DNA of 63,766 bases, filler included, from Octopus bimaculoides (taxonomy: Eukaryota): the NCBI RefSeq assembly GCF_001194135.2. It is 7 parts of 7 records of this genome, joined end to end, with 100 filler letters (N's around TTAATTAATTAA, not from the genome) between each part and the next. Parts side by side here need not be neighbours in the genome. Positions count along the whole stretch, not along the records: positions 1 to 14,640 come from NC_068991.1; positions 14,741 to 34,749 come from NC_068990.1; 5 more parts are not named here. One strand, given 5' to 3'. The notes beneath the pieces are model-generated. The model worked only from the letters and a program-made list of their open reading frames with translations. It was not told the origin of the DNA and made no database searches. Numbering within the stretch: position 1 is the stretch's first letter; the number at the start of each line of letters is the position of its first letter. The position numbers and the translations under genes were made by a program. Positions 13,776-23,769 of this stretch are shown here, piece after piece.

Positions 13776-14684
13776 GCAATGCTACAAATTTTATCTGTCG
13801 TTTTTTACCTGCAATGTATTTAAAATATTCGTAGGAAAATATCTTTGTTCATTCTATTTATCTCTCGTATATCCTTCCTTCTCTATAAACTTATCCCTGC
13901 TTACAAACACATACACATATATGCAAATTCATGGATTTTAAGCTAACCATAAATACACATCCACACACCACACACTTACACATATATGCATAATTGTTTG
14001 TATATTAGACACATACACATGTAGATATATGTGGGGTGAGAGAGTGGGGGCGTATGTGCATGGATATATATTCTTTCTCTGTCAAGATACTGCTTGAATT
14101 CAAATGCACTCCACCCATTTCTGTACGGTTTTGACCAATCGCGTTCGTATTAATCCATGCATATTGCTTTCACATTCATTTTCTTTCGCTTATTTTTTCC
14201 CTTCCAATTTTTTCTCTCTCTTTCCCTACCTATATTTTTATTTAATTCTACAGCTATACGTTACATTCAATTCGTTTCGATTTCTTCTGTATTTATTCAT
14301 TTGTCTCTTATCATTTCCTCACTCAATCTTTTTTCATGATAATAGCAACATTGAATGCCTGCTTACTGATATATTCCCTCTCATTCCAACCATCCTCGTG
14401 GCACCGCAGCAGAAAGAAGCGTACCCCGCCCCAACCAAACGAGATGTGCTTTACTCAGGTCGTTTAAAAGGTTATTAGCAAGTTCAGTGCCTGCCTCTCA
14501 AATAAGCGGCAACATTCCTAGCCAATCCGACATGTACGCTATTATTTTACGTATCATATCATACAAAAAGCTGCACACTTACCAAAAGAAATGCATATAT
14601 GTTTGTGTGAACGTGTGCTTAATATATATATATGTATATANNNNNNNNNNNNNNNNNNNNNNNNNNNNNNNNNNNNNNNNNNNN

Positions 14685-14696
14685 TTAATTAATTAA
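14685..14696. other. Artificial scaffold-join spacer TTAATTAATTAA in a 100-nt block (N44-12-N44)
   Basis: Exactly 44 N each side; stop codons in all six frames; identical at six sites. Confidence 0.95.
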
Positions 14697-14740
14697 NNNN
14701 NNNNNNNNNNNNNNNNNNNNNNNNNNNNNNNNNNNNNNNN

Positions 14741-15449
14741 ATTTCGAGTCCAAATTCCCACCATTTGCGCACTTTTGATTTCGCCACTGGTCCCAATTCC
14801 GGCTCCTCCTTGGTTGCAGCCAGCACTGTTGCAACCAACCAGTTTAATTTCTGGTGTAACTCTGGGAATACGTATTTTCACACTTCTTCTTCCTCTATAA
14901 CTTGGTAGTAATGCTATTTTTTCACTTCTTAAAATGTTGGTTGCATGCTTGGTTGCCTCTTCTATAGTGGCGAACCTCACCTCCACCGTATCGAACTTTC
15001 TTCCTCTGTTGATGTACGTGGCTTCATTCACAATTTCACCCAGGCACTCCTCGATTTCCTTTTCCGTCACCATTTTAATTTTACAGGTTTCGACAGCCTG
15101 TGTACGAAACACAACTGTCCTCAGAATTTTTTCTTCTTTAGTCTCTTTTGGGGAGCACAATTTGTGTGAGTCTCCCTCAACTCCTATCAAATTCCTGCTT
15201 CTGGTCACCTCCTCCATATCCAACTTGATTAACTTGGTTTCTAGCGGCACTGGCTTCCTCACTGCAGTGGCCTTGGCATAGCTCTTCATACTGGAGACAC
15301 TACCACTTGCCATAGCAGGGAAAAATGCAGCAGCTCGCGTGAAACGTAACAGTAATAATTCCACAAAAATCACAATTATTTACCGCGACAGTTTTCACAA
15401 AGTAACACAACAGTATTCACAATAATTCACAATAATTCACGGAGCCGTT
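14741..15449 (-). mobile_element. 5' end (UTR + ORF1) of an L1/Tx1-like non-LTR retrotransposon, cut by the scaffold join
   Basis: ATG at 15313 (MASGSVSSMKSYAKAT: SYA motif typical of LINE ORF1 N-termini); RRM-like FDTVEVRFATIEEATKHA..LLPSYRGRRSVKIRI; probable frameshift near 14845 into NWLVATVLAATKEEPELGPVAKSKVRKWWEFGLE; 5' UTR with TGTGAATTAT repeats. Confidence 0.65.
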
Positions 15450-15503
15450 ATACCGCTAAGCAGTTCGACCGGCGTGCTAACATTTCTACCAGCTCGCCGC
15501 TTT
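15450..15503 (-). mobile_element. SINE family A head only (A-box half), ending exactly at the LINE 5' end
   Basis: Reverse strand AAAGCGGCGAGCTGGTAGAAATGTTAGCACGCCGGTCGAACTGCTTAGCGGTAT aligns with 2476-2530. Confidence 0.85.
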
Positions 15504-15504
15504 A

Positions 15505-15790
15505 AAGCGACGAAAATATTGAGATTGAAATGATAATTAAATGTTGCAGTGAAACTAACGGTCTTTGTGTGTGTGTGTGTGTGTATGTGTGTGTGTGTGT
15601 GGTGGGGTTTCTTGAATGGCTTACAAACATATATGCTGCAATTGTTTCTGCTAATACCATTATGCAGAAGACAGAATCGAAAAAGTGTTGCGCGAAAATT
15701 TTTGTTTTCATCTTCGTTTATAGCACAGATAATTTTTTTCTCTGAAATACCATCTTCTGCCTTCAGGATGCATTTGTCCGCCCGAGGCTA
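15505..15790 (+). repeat. Unclassified interspersed repeat, second copy at ~51430-51600
   Basis: Shared GCGACGAAAATATT..AGTGAAACTAA..TTCTTGAATGG(C/T)TTACAAACAT..GCTGCAATTGTTT. Confidence 0.6.
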
Positions 15791-15806
15791 TAGTTGAAGA
15801 CACTTA

Positions 15807-16590
15807 CTGGCGAACGGGGTGGGGGAAGGACCAGGACATTTCACACGATCCGATTTTTNNNNNNNNNNNNNNNNNNNNNNNNNNNNNNNNNNNNNNNNNN
15901 NNNNNNNNNNNNNNNNNNNNNNNNNNNNNNNNNNNNNNNNNNNNNNNNNNNNNNNNNNNNNNNNNNNNNNNNNNNNNNNNNNNNNNNNNNNNNNNNNNNN
16001 NNNNNNNNNNNNNNNNNNNNNNNNNNNNNNNNNNNNNNNNNNNNNNNNNNNNNNNNNNNNNNNNNNNNNNNNNNNNNNNNNNNNNNNNNNNNNNNNNNNN
16101 NNNNNNNNNNNNNNNNNNNNNNNNNNNNNNNNNNNNNNNNNNNNNNNNNNNNNNNNNNNNNNNNNNNNNNNAGTTTTCGAACCCTGTGAGATTGATCGTG
16201 TGAATTTTCCGGGTCCTCTGTCCCCAACCCCGTTCGTCAGCGCGCATTTTGTTCATATTCGTTCACTATATGTTGTTTTACACCTATTACACAATTTTTT
16301 TTCATCTTTGTGACCGGGTGTCGAAGTCGGGTTACTGGATCGTGTGAATTATCCGAGTCTGCACCCCCACAAAAATTGAAAAAATAATAGTCTACTAGAT
16401 GTAAGATAATGTGTAGTAAACGTTTATAAAGAAAAAAATTGCGCTGAGGAATGGGGAAGTGGTGAGAGAACTCCAACCACTCCCGATGTGAATTTTCCGA
16501 GTCGTCTCCCCCCTCCCGTTCGCCAGCGTGCATTTTTTTCATATTCGTTTACTACATGTTGTTTTACACCTATGACACTTTTTTTTCTTT
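15807..16590. repeat. Inverted plus direct ~110 bp repeat units around a gap (foldback/MITE-like)
   Basis: 15807-15850 is the reverse complement of GATCGTGTGAA..CCCCGTTCG(T/C)CAG units at 16194-16305 and 16485-16590; partial unit at ~16338. Confidence 0.65.
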
Positions 16591-17046
16591 TTTTTTGCTC
16601 GGGTAAAACACTGGAGGTTAACTCAATAACGCTACACTCACACCCGAACAGATCTAAAATCTTTTAGCTTGCACTGTCTGCTGCTCTAGTTAAATTCAAT
16701 ACGTCAGTTTTCTCAGAACTTTCACAACAAAGGTATAAATTGAACTAACCTTATATAAAAATTAATCAAAAGAATTCATAAATATTGAAAACTACAGTTA
16801 TGTTTACATGACAAAGTATAGTACTTTTATGCAATGAATTAACGTCACAAAAAATTAACGTTTATAGGTAAAAATCTGATTACATATTTAGTTTAAGCAT
16901 ACAAGATACTACTAAGCATTCACGAAAACACGTGAGCGAACTTCAGCAAGCCGCAAATAAAGAAAAGTATTAATTCCATTTCGTAGAAGAGTAGGTTATA
17001 AAGAAAAAAAAACTGAAGAGAAATAGAGATCACAAGATGTAAAGTA

Positions 17047-17829
17047 CAGGGGTTGCACAAAATAATGGAAACATCTAGCATCATAGCATCATAAATTTGG
17101 AACTATAAAACCGCCAAAAGGGAAGACTGCAATCAGAAAACCACTACTTTCAAAAACAAACGTTGCAAGGCGTTTAGAGTGGAGCAAAAACCTACAGATT
17201 TGGTCCCTAGAAAAGTGGAAGAATGTTATTTTCTCGGACGAGTCATCCTTTACATTATTTCCGACCACCGGCTGAGTATACGTGTGGAGACGGCCAAAAG
17301 AAGCATTTGACATAGACTGCCTTCTTCCAACTATTAAACATGGAGGAGGATCTGTGATGATCGGGGGGAGGGGGTCTATAGCTTGGAAATCCGCCGGCCC
17401 AAAGGTTTCTCTTCATGGCAGAATTAGTAGTCAAGACTATTTAAGCATTTTCTCTGATCAAATTCATCCTATGTTTGCGGAACTGTTTCCGAAAGGAAAC
17501 GCAATGTTTCAGGATGATAATGCACCAATTCACACAACTAAAGTTGTTACTGAATGGCACGAAGAACGTTCTAGTGAAGTTGAACATTTTATCTGGCCAC
17601 CAGAGTTCCCAGCTCTCAATATTATTGAACATTTATGGTGCATTTTAGAAAAACAAGTAAGGAGTCGATATCCTCCACCATCATCATTACAAGAACTGGA
17701 GACTGTTTTAGCAGAAGAATGGCCAAACATTCCTTTGGAAACAATTCAAACTTTTTATGAGTCCATACCTCGTAGAATTCAAGCTGTAATTACTGCCAGA
17801 GTTGTTTCCATTATTTTGTCCAACTCCTG
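17047..17829 (+). mobile_element. Internally deleted Tc1-type transposon, DD36E spacing (Incomer-like), both TIRs and TA TSDs intact
   Basis: 27-bp TIRs CAGGGGTTGCACAAAATAATGGAAACA / TGTTTCCATTATTTTGTCCAACTCCTG (2 mismatches), TA on both sides; WKNVIFSDES, FQDDNAPIH and LNIIEHLW with 36 residues between D2 and E. Confidence 0.9.
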
Positions 17830-17894
17830 TAGTTGTAAATCATTGCCAAACAGCAGTAATAAGCGCAATTGATACAAACATGGCAAAACTATAA

Positions 17895-18297
17895 GAGTGG
17901 CTGTGTGGTAAGTAGCTTGCTTACTAATCACATGGCTCCAAGTTCAGTCCCACTGCGTAGCACCTTGTGTCTTCTACTATAGCCCCGGGCTGACCAAAGC
18001 CTTGTGAGTGGATTTGGTAGAAAGAAACTGAAAGAAGCCCGTCATATGTACGTATATATATAAATATGTGTGTGTGTGTGTATGTCTGTGTGTGTGTGTC
18101 TGTGTTTGTTCCCCAACATCGCTTGACAACCGATGCTGGTGTGTTTACGTCCCCGTAACTTAACAGTTCGGCAAAAGAGGACGATAGAATAAGTACTAGG
18201 CTTACAAAGAATACGTCCTGGGATCGATTTGCTCGACTAAAGGCAGTGCTCCAGCATAGCCACAGTGAAATGACTCAAACAAGTAAAAGAGTAAACA
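17895..18297 (+). mobile_element. SINE family B, full-length with internal (TA)/(TG) tract
   Basis: GTGGCTGTGTGGTAAG head, AGTTCAGTCCC B-box-like, tail GGCAGTGCTCCAGCAT..GACTCAAACAAGTAAAAGAGT; matches 23716-23985 and 56684-57043. Confidence 0.9.
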
Positions 18298-18373
18298 AAA
18301 GATTGGTTGAGATAGTGATTTATGCATTTAAGAAAACATATCTAAATTCAAGAAATATATATATATATAAATT

Positions 18374-20570
18374 ACTCTTCAATATGAAATGAAACTCATC
18401 AATAAGACATTTTAACAGAAAATGGTGGATATGTATAGTGATTAACTGAACGCTGTTAAGTTTGTTTCAAAAAAACGTTAGAGGATATAACATCGAAAGT
18501 AGCCTATAGAAAGAGGAGGGGTAAAGGAAAGAAAAAAAACAAATAAATGAGAAATATATAACTATATGTATATGAAACAAAACCATATAGACTCGGAAAA
18601 AGATATATCTAATGAATGTGAAAGGTAAGAAGAAAACTAATGATTAAATTATATATAATGATAGATATCACTTATATGAACTAAAGGTGAGTTTCTGCCA
18701 ATGTTTACATCGGTATGCACGCTCTATAACCGTGTTTACAAGGGGATTTTTAGAAAAATGAATAAGAAATACAATATTTCATTTAGATTGTCTAAGTTAT
18801 CTACTAATGTTGACATTTTCAATGATAAGGCTGAATTTTATAACTCTGCCTTACTTAAAGCAGGTTATACAGAGAAAGTTACCTACATTAATTCCATTCA
18901 ATCTTATTCTACCTTTACTAATGGAGATATGAAATCTATTTGTAAGGATATTAACATGTCAATTTTAATTTATACGCCAAGACCAAACAGAGGAAGGGAA
19001 ATAACCCTTATTTGATCCCTATCTTCGTTCTAACGATAAATCTATGTCTTTCAAAGATAGTTATACTAAGAATAAGGTAACTAATAGTAAAACCATTTGG
19101 TTAATTATTCCTTCCGGGAGGCAAATTAAATCTGATCTTGCTTTACAGTTTCAGGAAGCTATTATTAGGAATTTTCCAAAGAATTCTAGGTATTACTCTA
19201 TTATCAACTCACACACGGTTAGGATTGGTTTTTCCAACACAAAAAATCTCTTATAAATTATCTCTTCACATAATATTAACTTGTTAAATATTGACACATT
19301 TACTAATACTAACATTAATTTAGCTAATACCATCCATCCCCACTAGAAATATTAATAACAAGGTTATTGTCTCTGAAGTCAATTACGACAGAATCTAAAA
19401 TTAAAAATTCTATATACCAGTGTAAAATTACTTCAGGTACCGATGTCTTTTTTATATATGTGTATATAAAAGAGACCACTAAGTGGACTGCTAATGTGCT
19501 AGAAGAAGATCACTTAAAAATTCTCAAAGAAAATTCAGCGAAGCAAAAACTGGCGGGTGAGACTAGTGAAAAATTATAAATACTTAGGTTATCTGTAGAC
19601 CATGGTTTCAAAATCAACACATTCTTAATGAAAGTATGTGTTTCTCTTCAGTACAGACTGCCATAACGATTATAATCCAACAGAACCTCGTGATAGTTGT
19701 CTCCAACAAATGAAAACATGTTTACGGGATTCTATTAATTATAAACAGTAATATTCAAAAGTTTTAGTTTTAGCGCGCTAAAGCCGAAAATATCTCTGCA
19801 GAAAATAATTTCTACATTGAATTTACCAACTTTGAGAAACGTGATTATGGTTAATTAACATAATAGGGTAAAAAAATTTGATATTAATTAATATCAATTC
19901 AGTTATCTAAAAGAATTTCTAACCATTACTCTACAATTAGGGATAGGAATACACGTAACAGTACAGGGCTTAGTAAATTAATTTGGTATCTAAAAGACCA
20001 CAACAAACAATTTAATTTAGATTTGTTGATTCTCTCAATCTCGATACCTTATGAGAAAGGCAAGGAATTCTGTCTTCCCTGTAATTCTGAAATATTTTTT
20101 ATTCTTCTTTCTAAAAATACCCTTGTAAACACGGTTAAAGAGCGTGCTTACCGATGTAAACATTGGCAGAAACACACCTTCAGTTCATATAAGTGATATC
20201 TATCATTATATATAATTTAAACATTAATTTTCTTCTTACATTTCACATTCACTAGGTATATCCTTTTCCAAGTCTATATGGTTATATTTAATATACATAT
20301 AGTTATATACTTCTCATTTATTTGTTTTTTTCTTTTCTTTACCTCTCCTCTTTCGATAGGCTACCTTTGATGTTATATCATCTAACGTTTTTTTTTAAAC
20401 AAACTTAATATCGTTCAGTTAATCACTATACATATCCACCATTTTCTGTTAAAATGTCTTATTGACGAGTTTTATTTCTTCATTTCCCTGAAGAGAAGAT
20501 TACATTGTTTTACACCATTTTATTCCTTTGGAATAATACCAGTGATATCTTCGAAACATGTGCCGGAAGT
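18374..20570 (+). mobile_element. Penelope-like element: decayed RT thumb + GIY-YIG end, 3' pLTR, and an inverted copy of the 3' end at its 5' side
   Basis: RLSKLSTNVDIFNDKAEFYNSALLKAGY; IWLIIP..IIRNFPKNSRYYSIINSHTVRIGFSN; KRISNHYST..NSTGLSKLIWYLKD; PYEKGKEFCLPCNSE..LVN..CKHWQK; 18374-18781 is an inverted repeat of ~20087-20495. Confidence 0.85.
20482..20570 (+). ncRNA. Type I hammerhead ribozyme-like motif in PLE terminus, with extended helix II and one core substitution
   Basis: ATTTCC-CTGAAGA-GAAGAT-[46 nt]-ATCTTC-GAAA-C-ATGT-G-CC-GGAAGT; helix I 6 bp (one G.U), helix II 6 bp; GCC instead of GUC at the cleavage triplet. Confidence 0.6.
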
Positions 20571-20862
20571 AAAAGAATTTGAATGACACCTGTGTTGAAC
20601 TCCATTTATTTATTTATATACATTATACAAAATATTTCACGTAAACCCGAAGTTTCTACCTTTAAATACAAGGAGTTACAACCTTTTTACTTGTGTGATT
20701 TTTTGCTACCCTGGTAACTATTTATCTATTTTTTCCGCGTTGATTGTAAACAAGGGAAAATACACACATCTATTTATATATATGTATGTATGTATAATAT
20801 ATGATACACGTGTACATGCATATGTATATGTATTATTATATCTATGATATATATGTATATAT

Positions 20863-20924
<62 letters not shown>

Positions 20925-21108
20925 TGAAATACACAGAGAGAAATAAACAGCAAAACACAGTTGCATTCATCATATATTTTACATATATTTTAAATAAAAT
21001 TTTAAGTAGCATCTGATGAGATGAACGTTTGCTACGCACCCACGAAACTGCTATTGGAGCTGAGTCAAACCGTGTGTGTGTGTGTGTGCGTGTGTGTGTG
21101 TGTGTGCG

Positions 21109-21141
<33 letters not shown>

Positions 21142-22169
21142 TCATTCATTTGTCAACAATGCAATACACATTAGTTACTAACATTCATAAACCACCTAAC
21201 CTAGAACAACGCTAAACATGGACTCTACGCTCATAATACAAACAAGAGCTATAGCTACAAAATAAGATATTTAATTCTATAGATATCAGAGTGCTATATT
21301 ATTTGCTTGGTGAATAATTTATAAAGTTAGTCTTTATTTGATATAAACTGAACCTATTTACAACTAGTATCTGATTTACATACTTAAACGGATATATATA
21401 TTTGTTTCTTGGAAGCAGGAGGAAAGGTCACAGATGGAATGGTGAATACCTTAGTATCGTGACAAGAGGTAACTATATTTGTCTTGACAGACTTAGAACA
21501 TGGTAATCTCTACCCAGCTTCTGTTAAAGGCAATATACTTCGAGGGTCGCACAATAAATACTTACACTAAACCTCATACTTTGCTCTCTACGCACACGAT
21601 GGCATAGAATACCCTGTCTTATTTAGTTAAGGCATCAGATACTAGTTTACTGAGCACAAATACATTTGGATCAAAATAGGTTTCAGTTTTACACTAAAAA
21701 CATCATCAGAAAGGTCAGCACAAATCATCAGATTCCGGACATCGCCACGATCATATGTGTCTACACCATAAAAATTTATGGATGATTTAGCGAATCACTT
21801 ATGTGTATACAAATAATTAAATGAGGCAGCTTAGTAAGCAGTTTCACCAAAAAGGAAAACAATAATTGTCATTAACTGAGCCCTTATTCCTAACAGTATA
21901 AGTGTTCTAACACTCTCAACAATATATATAATCGTTAATGACAATTATATATATATATATATGTTAAATCTCTGAACGAGGTATGAACAGTAACTGCACG
22001 ACAAGGTGAAGTATATTTGACACTTAAATGTGGCTGACCCCTAAGGGAGGATGTTACTGTTGCTTTTATCCCCAGGAGAACATCTCCTCCAGCTGGCTAT
22101 CGACACACATCTGTGTGTCCTGTCTGTATTTGCAAAGGGAAGGTATCCTTCCCATCTTGATCTGTGATA

Positions 22170-22214
22170 CGTACGGACTCGAGTTTCTGGGTATTTTCCC
22201 GTCCTCAGCGTACG
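22170..22214 (-). ncRNA. Minimal type I hammerhead ribozyme
   Basis: Minus strand CGUACG-CUGAGGA-CGGG-AAAAUA-CCCA-GAAA-CUCGAG-UC-CGUACG; helix I 6/6, palindromic helix III ACUCGAGU, C.A mismatch at base of helix II. Confidence 0.8.
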
Positions 22215-22815
22215 ACAATCGCCGACCTTCGATGCGAAAGATATTCCTTTGCAAATATATATAACTTTTTCCAGTGAAATTCTTCACTGGATTTATCTCT
22301 CTCATCAAAAATCAGTGGNNNNNNNNNNNNNNNNNNNNNNNNNNNNNNNNNNNNNNNNNNNNNNNNNNNNNNNNNNNNNNNNNNNNNNNNNNNNNNNNNN
22401 NNNNNNNNNNNNNNNNNNNNNNNNNNNNNNNNNNNNNNNNNNNNNNNNNNNNNNNNNNNNNNNNNNNNNNNNNNNNNNNNNNNNNNNNNNNNNNNNNNNN
22501 NNNNNNNNNNNNNNNNNNNNNNNNNNNNNNNNNNNNNNNNNNNNNNNNNNNNNNNNNNNNNNNNNNNNNNNNNNNNNNNNNNNNNNNNNNNNNNNNNNNN
22601 NNNNNNNNNNNNNNNNNNNNNNNNNNNNNNNNNNNNNNNNNNNNNNNNNNNNNNNNNNNNNNNNNNNNNNNNNNNNNNNNNNNNNNNNNNNNNNNNNNNN
22701 NNNNNNNNNNNNNNNNNNNNNNNNNNNNNNNNNNNNNNNNNNNNNNNNNNNNNNNNNNNNNNNNNNNNNNNNNNNNNNNNNNNNNNNNNNNNNNNNNNNN
22801 NNNNNNNNNNNNNNN

Positions 22816-22843
22816 CAGGGTTATTTCCCTTCGTCAGCGTTCG
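22816..22843 (-). ncRNA. Hammerhead ribozyme, 3' half lost in the gap
   Basis: Minus strand CGAACG-CUGACGA-AGGG-AAAUAA-CCCU-G then N run. Confidence 0.7.
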
Positions 22844-22952
22844 ATAGCCACTGATCTTTGATGAGAGAGATAAATCCTTGGCAATCTTATATATACTTTT
22901 CCAGTGAAATTCTTCACTGGATTTATCTCTCTCATCAAAAATCAGTGGCTAT

Positions 22953-22997
22953 CGAAGGCTGACGAAGGGAAATAACCCTGAAACCCGGGTCCGTTCG
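22953..22997 (+). ncRNA. Minimal type I hammerhead ribozyme
   Basis: CGAAGG-CUGACGA-AGGG-AAAUAA-CCCU-GAAA-CCCGGG-UC-CGUUCG; intact core, GUC site, helix II 4/4, palindromic helix III ACCCGGGU, helix I 5/6. Confidence 0.85.
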
Positions 22998-23715
22998 TGC
23001 TACAGATCATGATGGGAGGAATAACTTCCCTTGGCAAACAGGACACAGTAGTGTGTCGATAAGCCAGCTGGAGGAGATGTCCTCCTGGGGCTAAAAGCAA
23101 CAGTAACATCCACCCCTAGGGGTCAGCCATACTTAAGTGGCAATATACTACACTTTATCGTGCAGTTACTGTTAATACTTCATTTAGAGTATTAACATTT
23201 CACCTTTTCGATATCAGTGAAGAANNNNNNNNNNNNNNNNNNNNNNNNNNNNNNNNNNNNNNNNNNNNNNNNNNNNNNNNNNNNNNNNNNNNNNNNNNNN
23301 NNNNNNNNNNNNNNNNNNNNNNNNNNNNNNNNNNNNNNNNNNNNNNNNNNNNNNNNNNNNNNNNNNNNNNNNNNNNNNNNNNNNNNNNNNNNNNNNNNNN
23401 NNNNNNNNNNNNNNNNNNNNNNNNNNNNNNNNNNNNNNNNNNNNNNNNNNNNNNNNNNNNNNNNNNNNNNNNNNNNNNNNNNNNNNNNNNNNNNNNNNNN
23501 NNNNNNNNNNNNNNNNNNNNNNNNNNNNNNNNNNNNNNNNNNNNNNNNNNNNNNNNNNNNNNNNNNNNNNNNNNNNNNNNNNNNNNNNNNNNNNNNNNNN
23601 NNNNNNNNNNNNNNNNNNNNNNNNNNNNNNNNNNNNNNNNNNNNNNNNNNNNNNNNNNNNNNNNNNNNNNNNNNNNNNNNNNNNNNNNNNNNNNNNNNNN
23701 NNNNNNNNNNNNNNT

Positions 23716-23718
23716 GTG

Positions 23719-23769
<51 letters not shown>

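Larger units (their letters stand above)
21967..23190. mobile_element. ORF-less long inverted-repeat element resembling head-to-head PLE terminal repeats, carrying hammerheads
   Basis: 21967-~22215 is an imperfect reverse complement of ~22950-23190; inner IR 22816-22882 vs 22917-22980; central hairpin CCAGTGAA-ATTC-TTCACTGG present twice. Confidence 0.8.

Noticed and set aside
14344-14478. Possible plus-strand exon (NIECLLTDIF.. or TLNACLLIY..RKKR)
   Set aside because: Weak donor (GTCGTT), no recognisable homology
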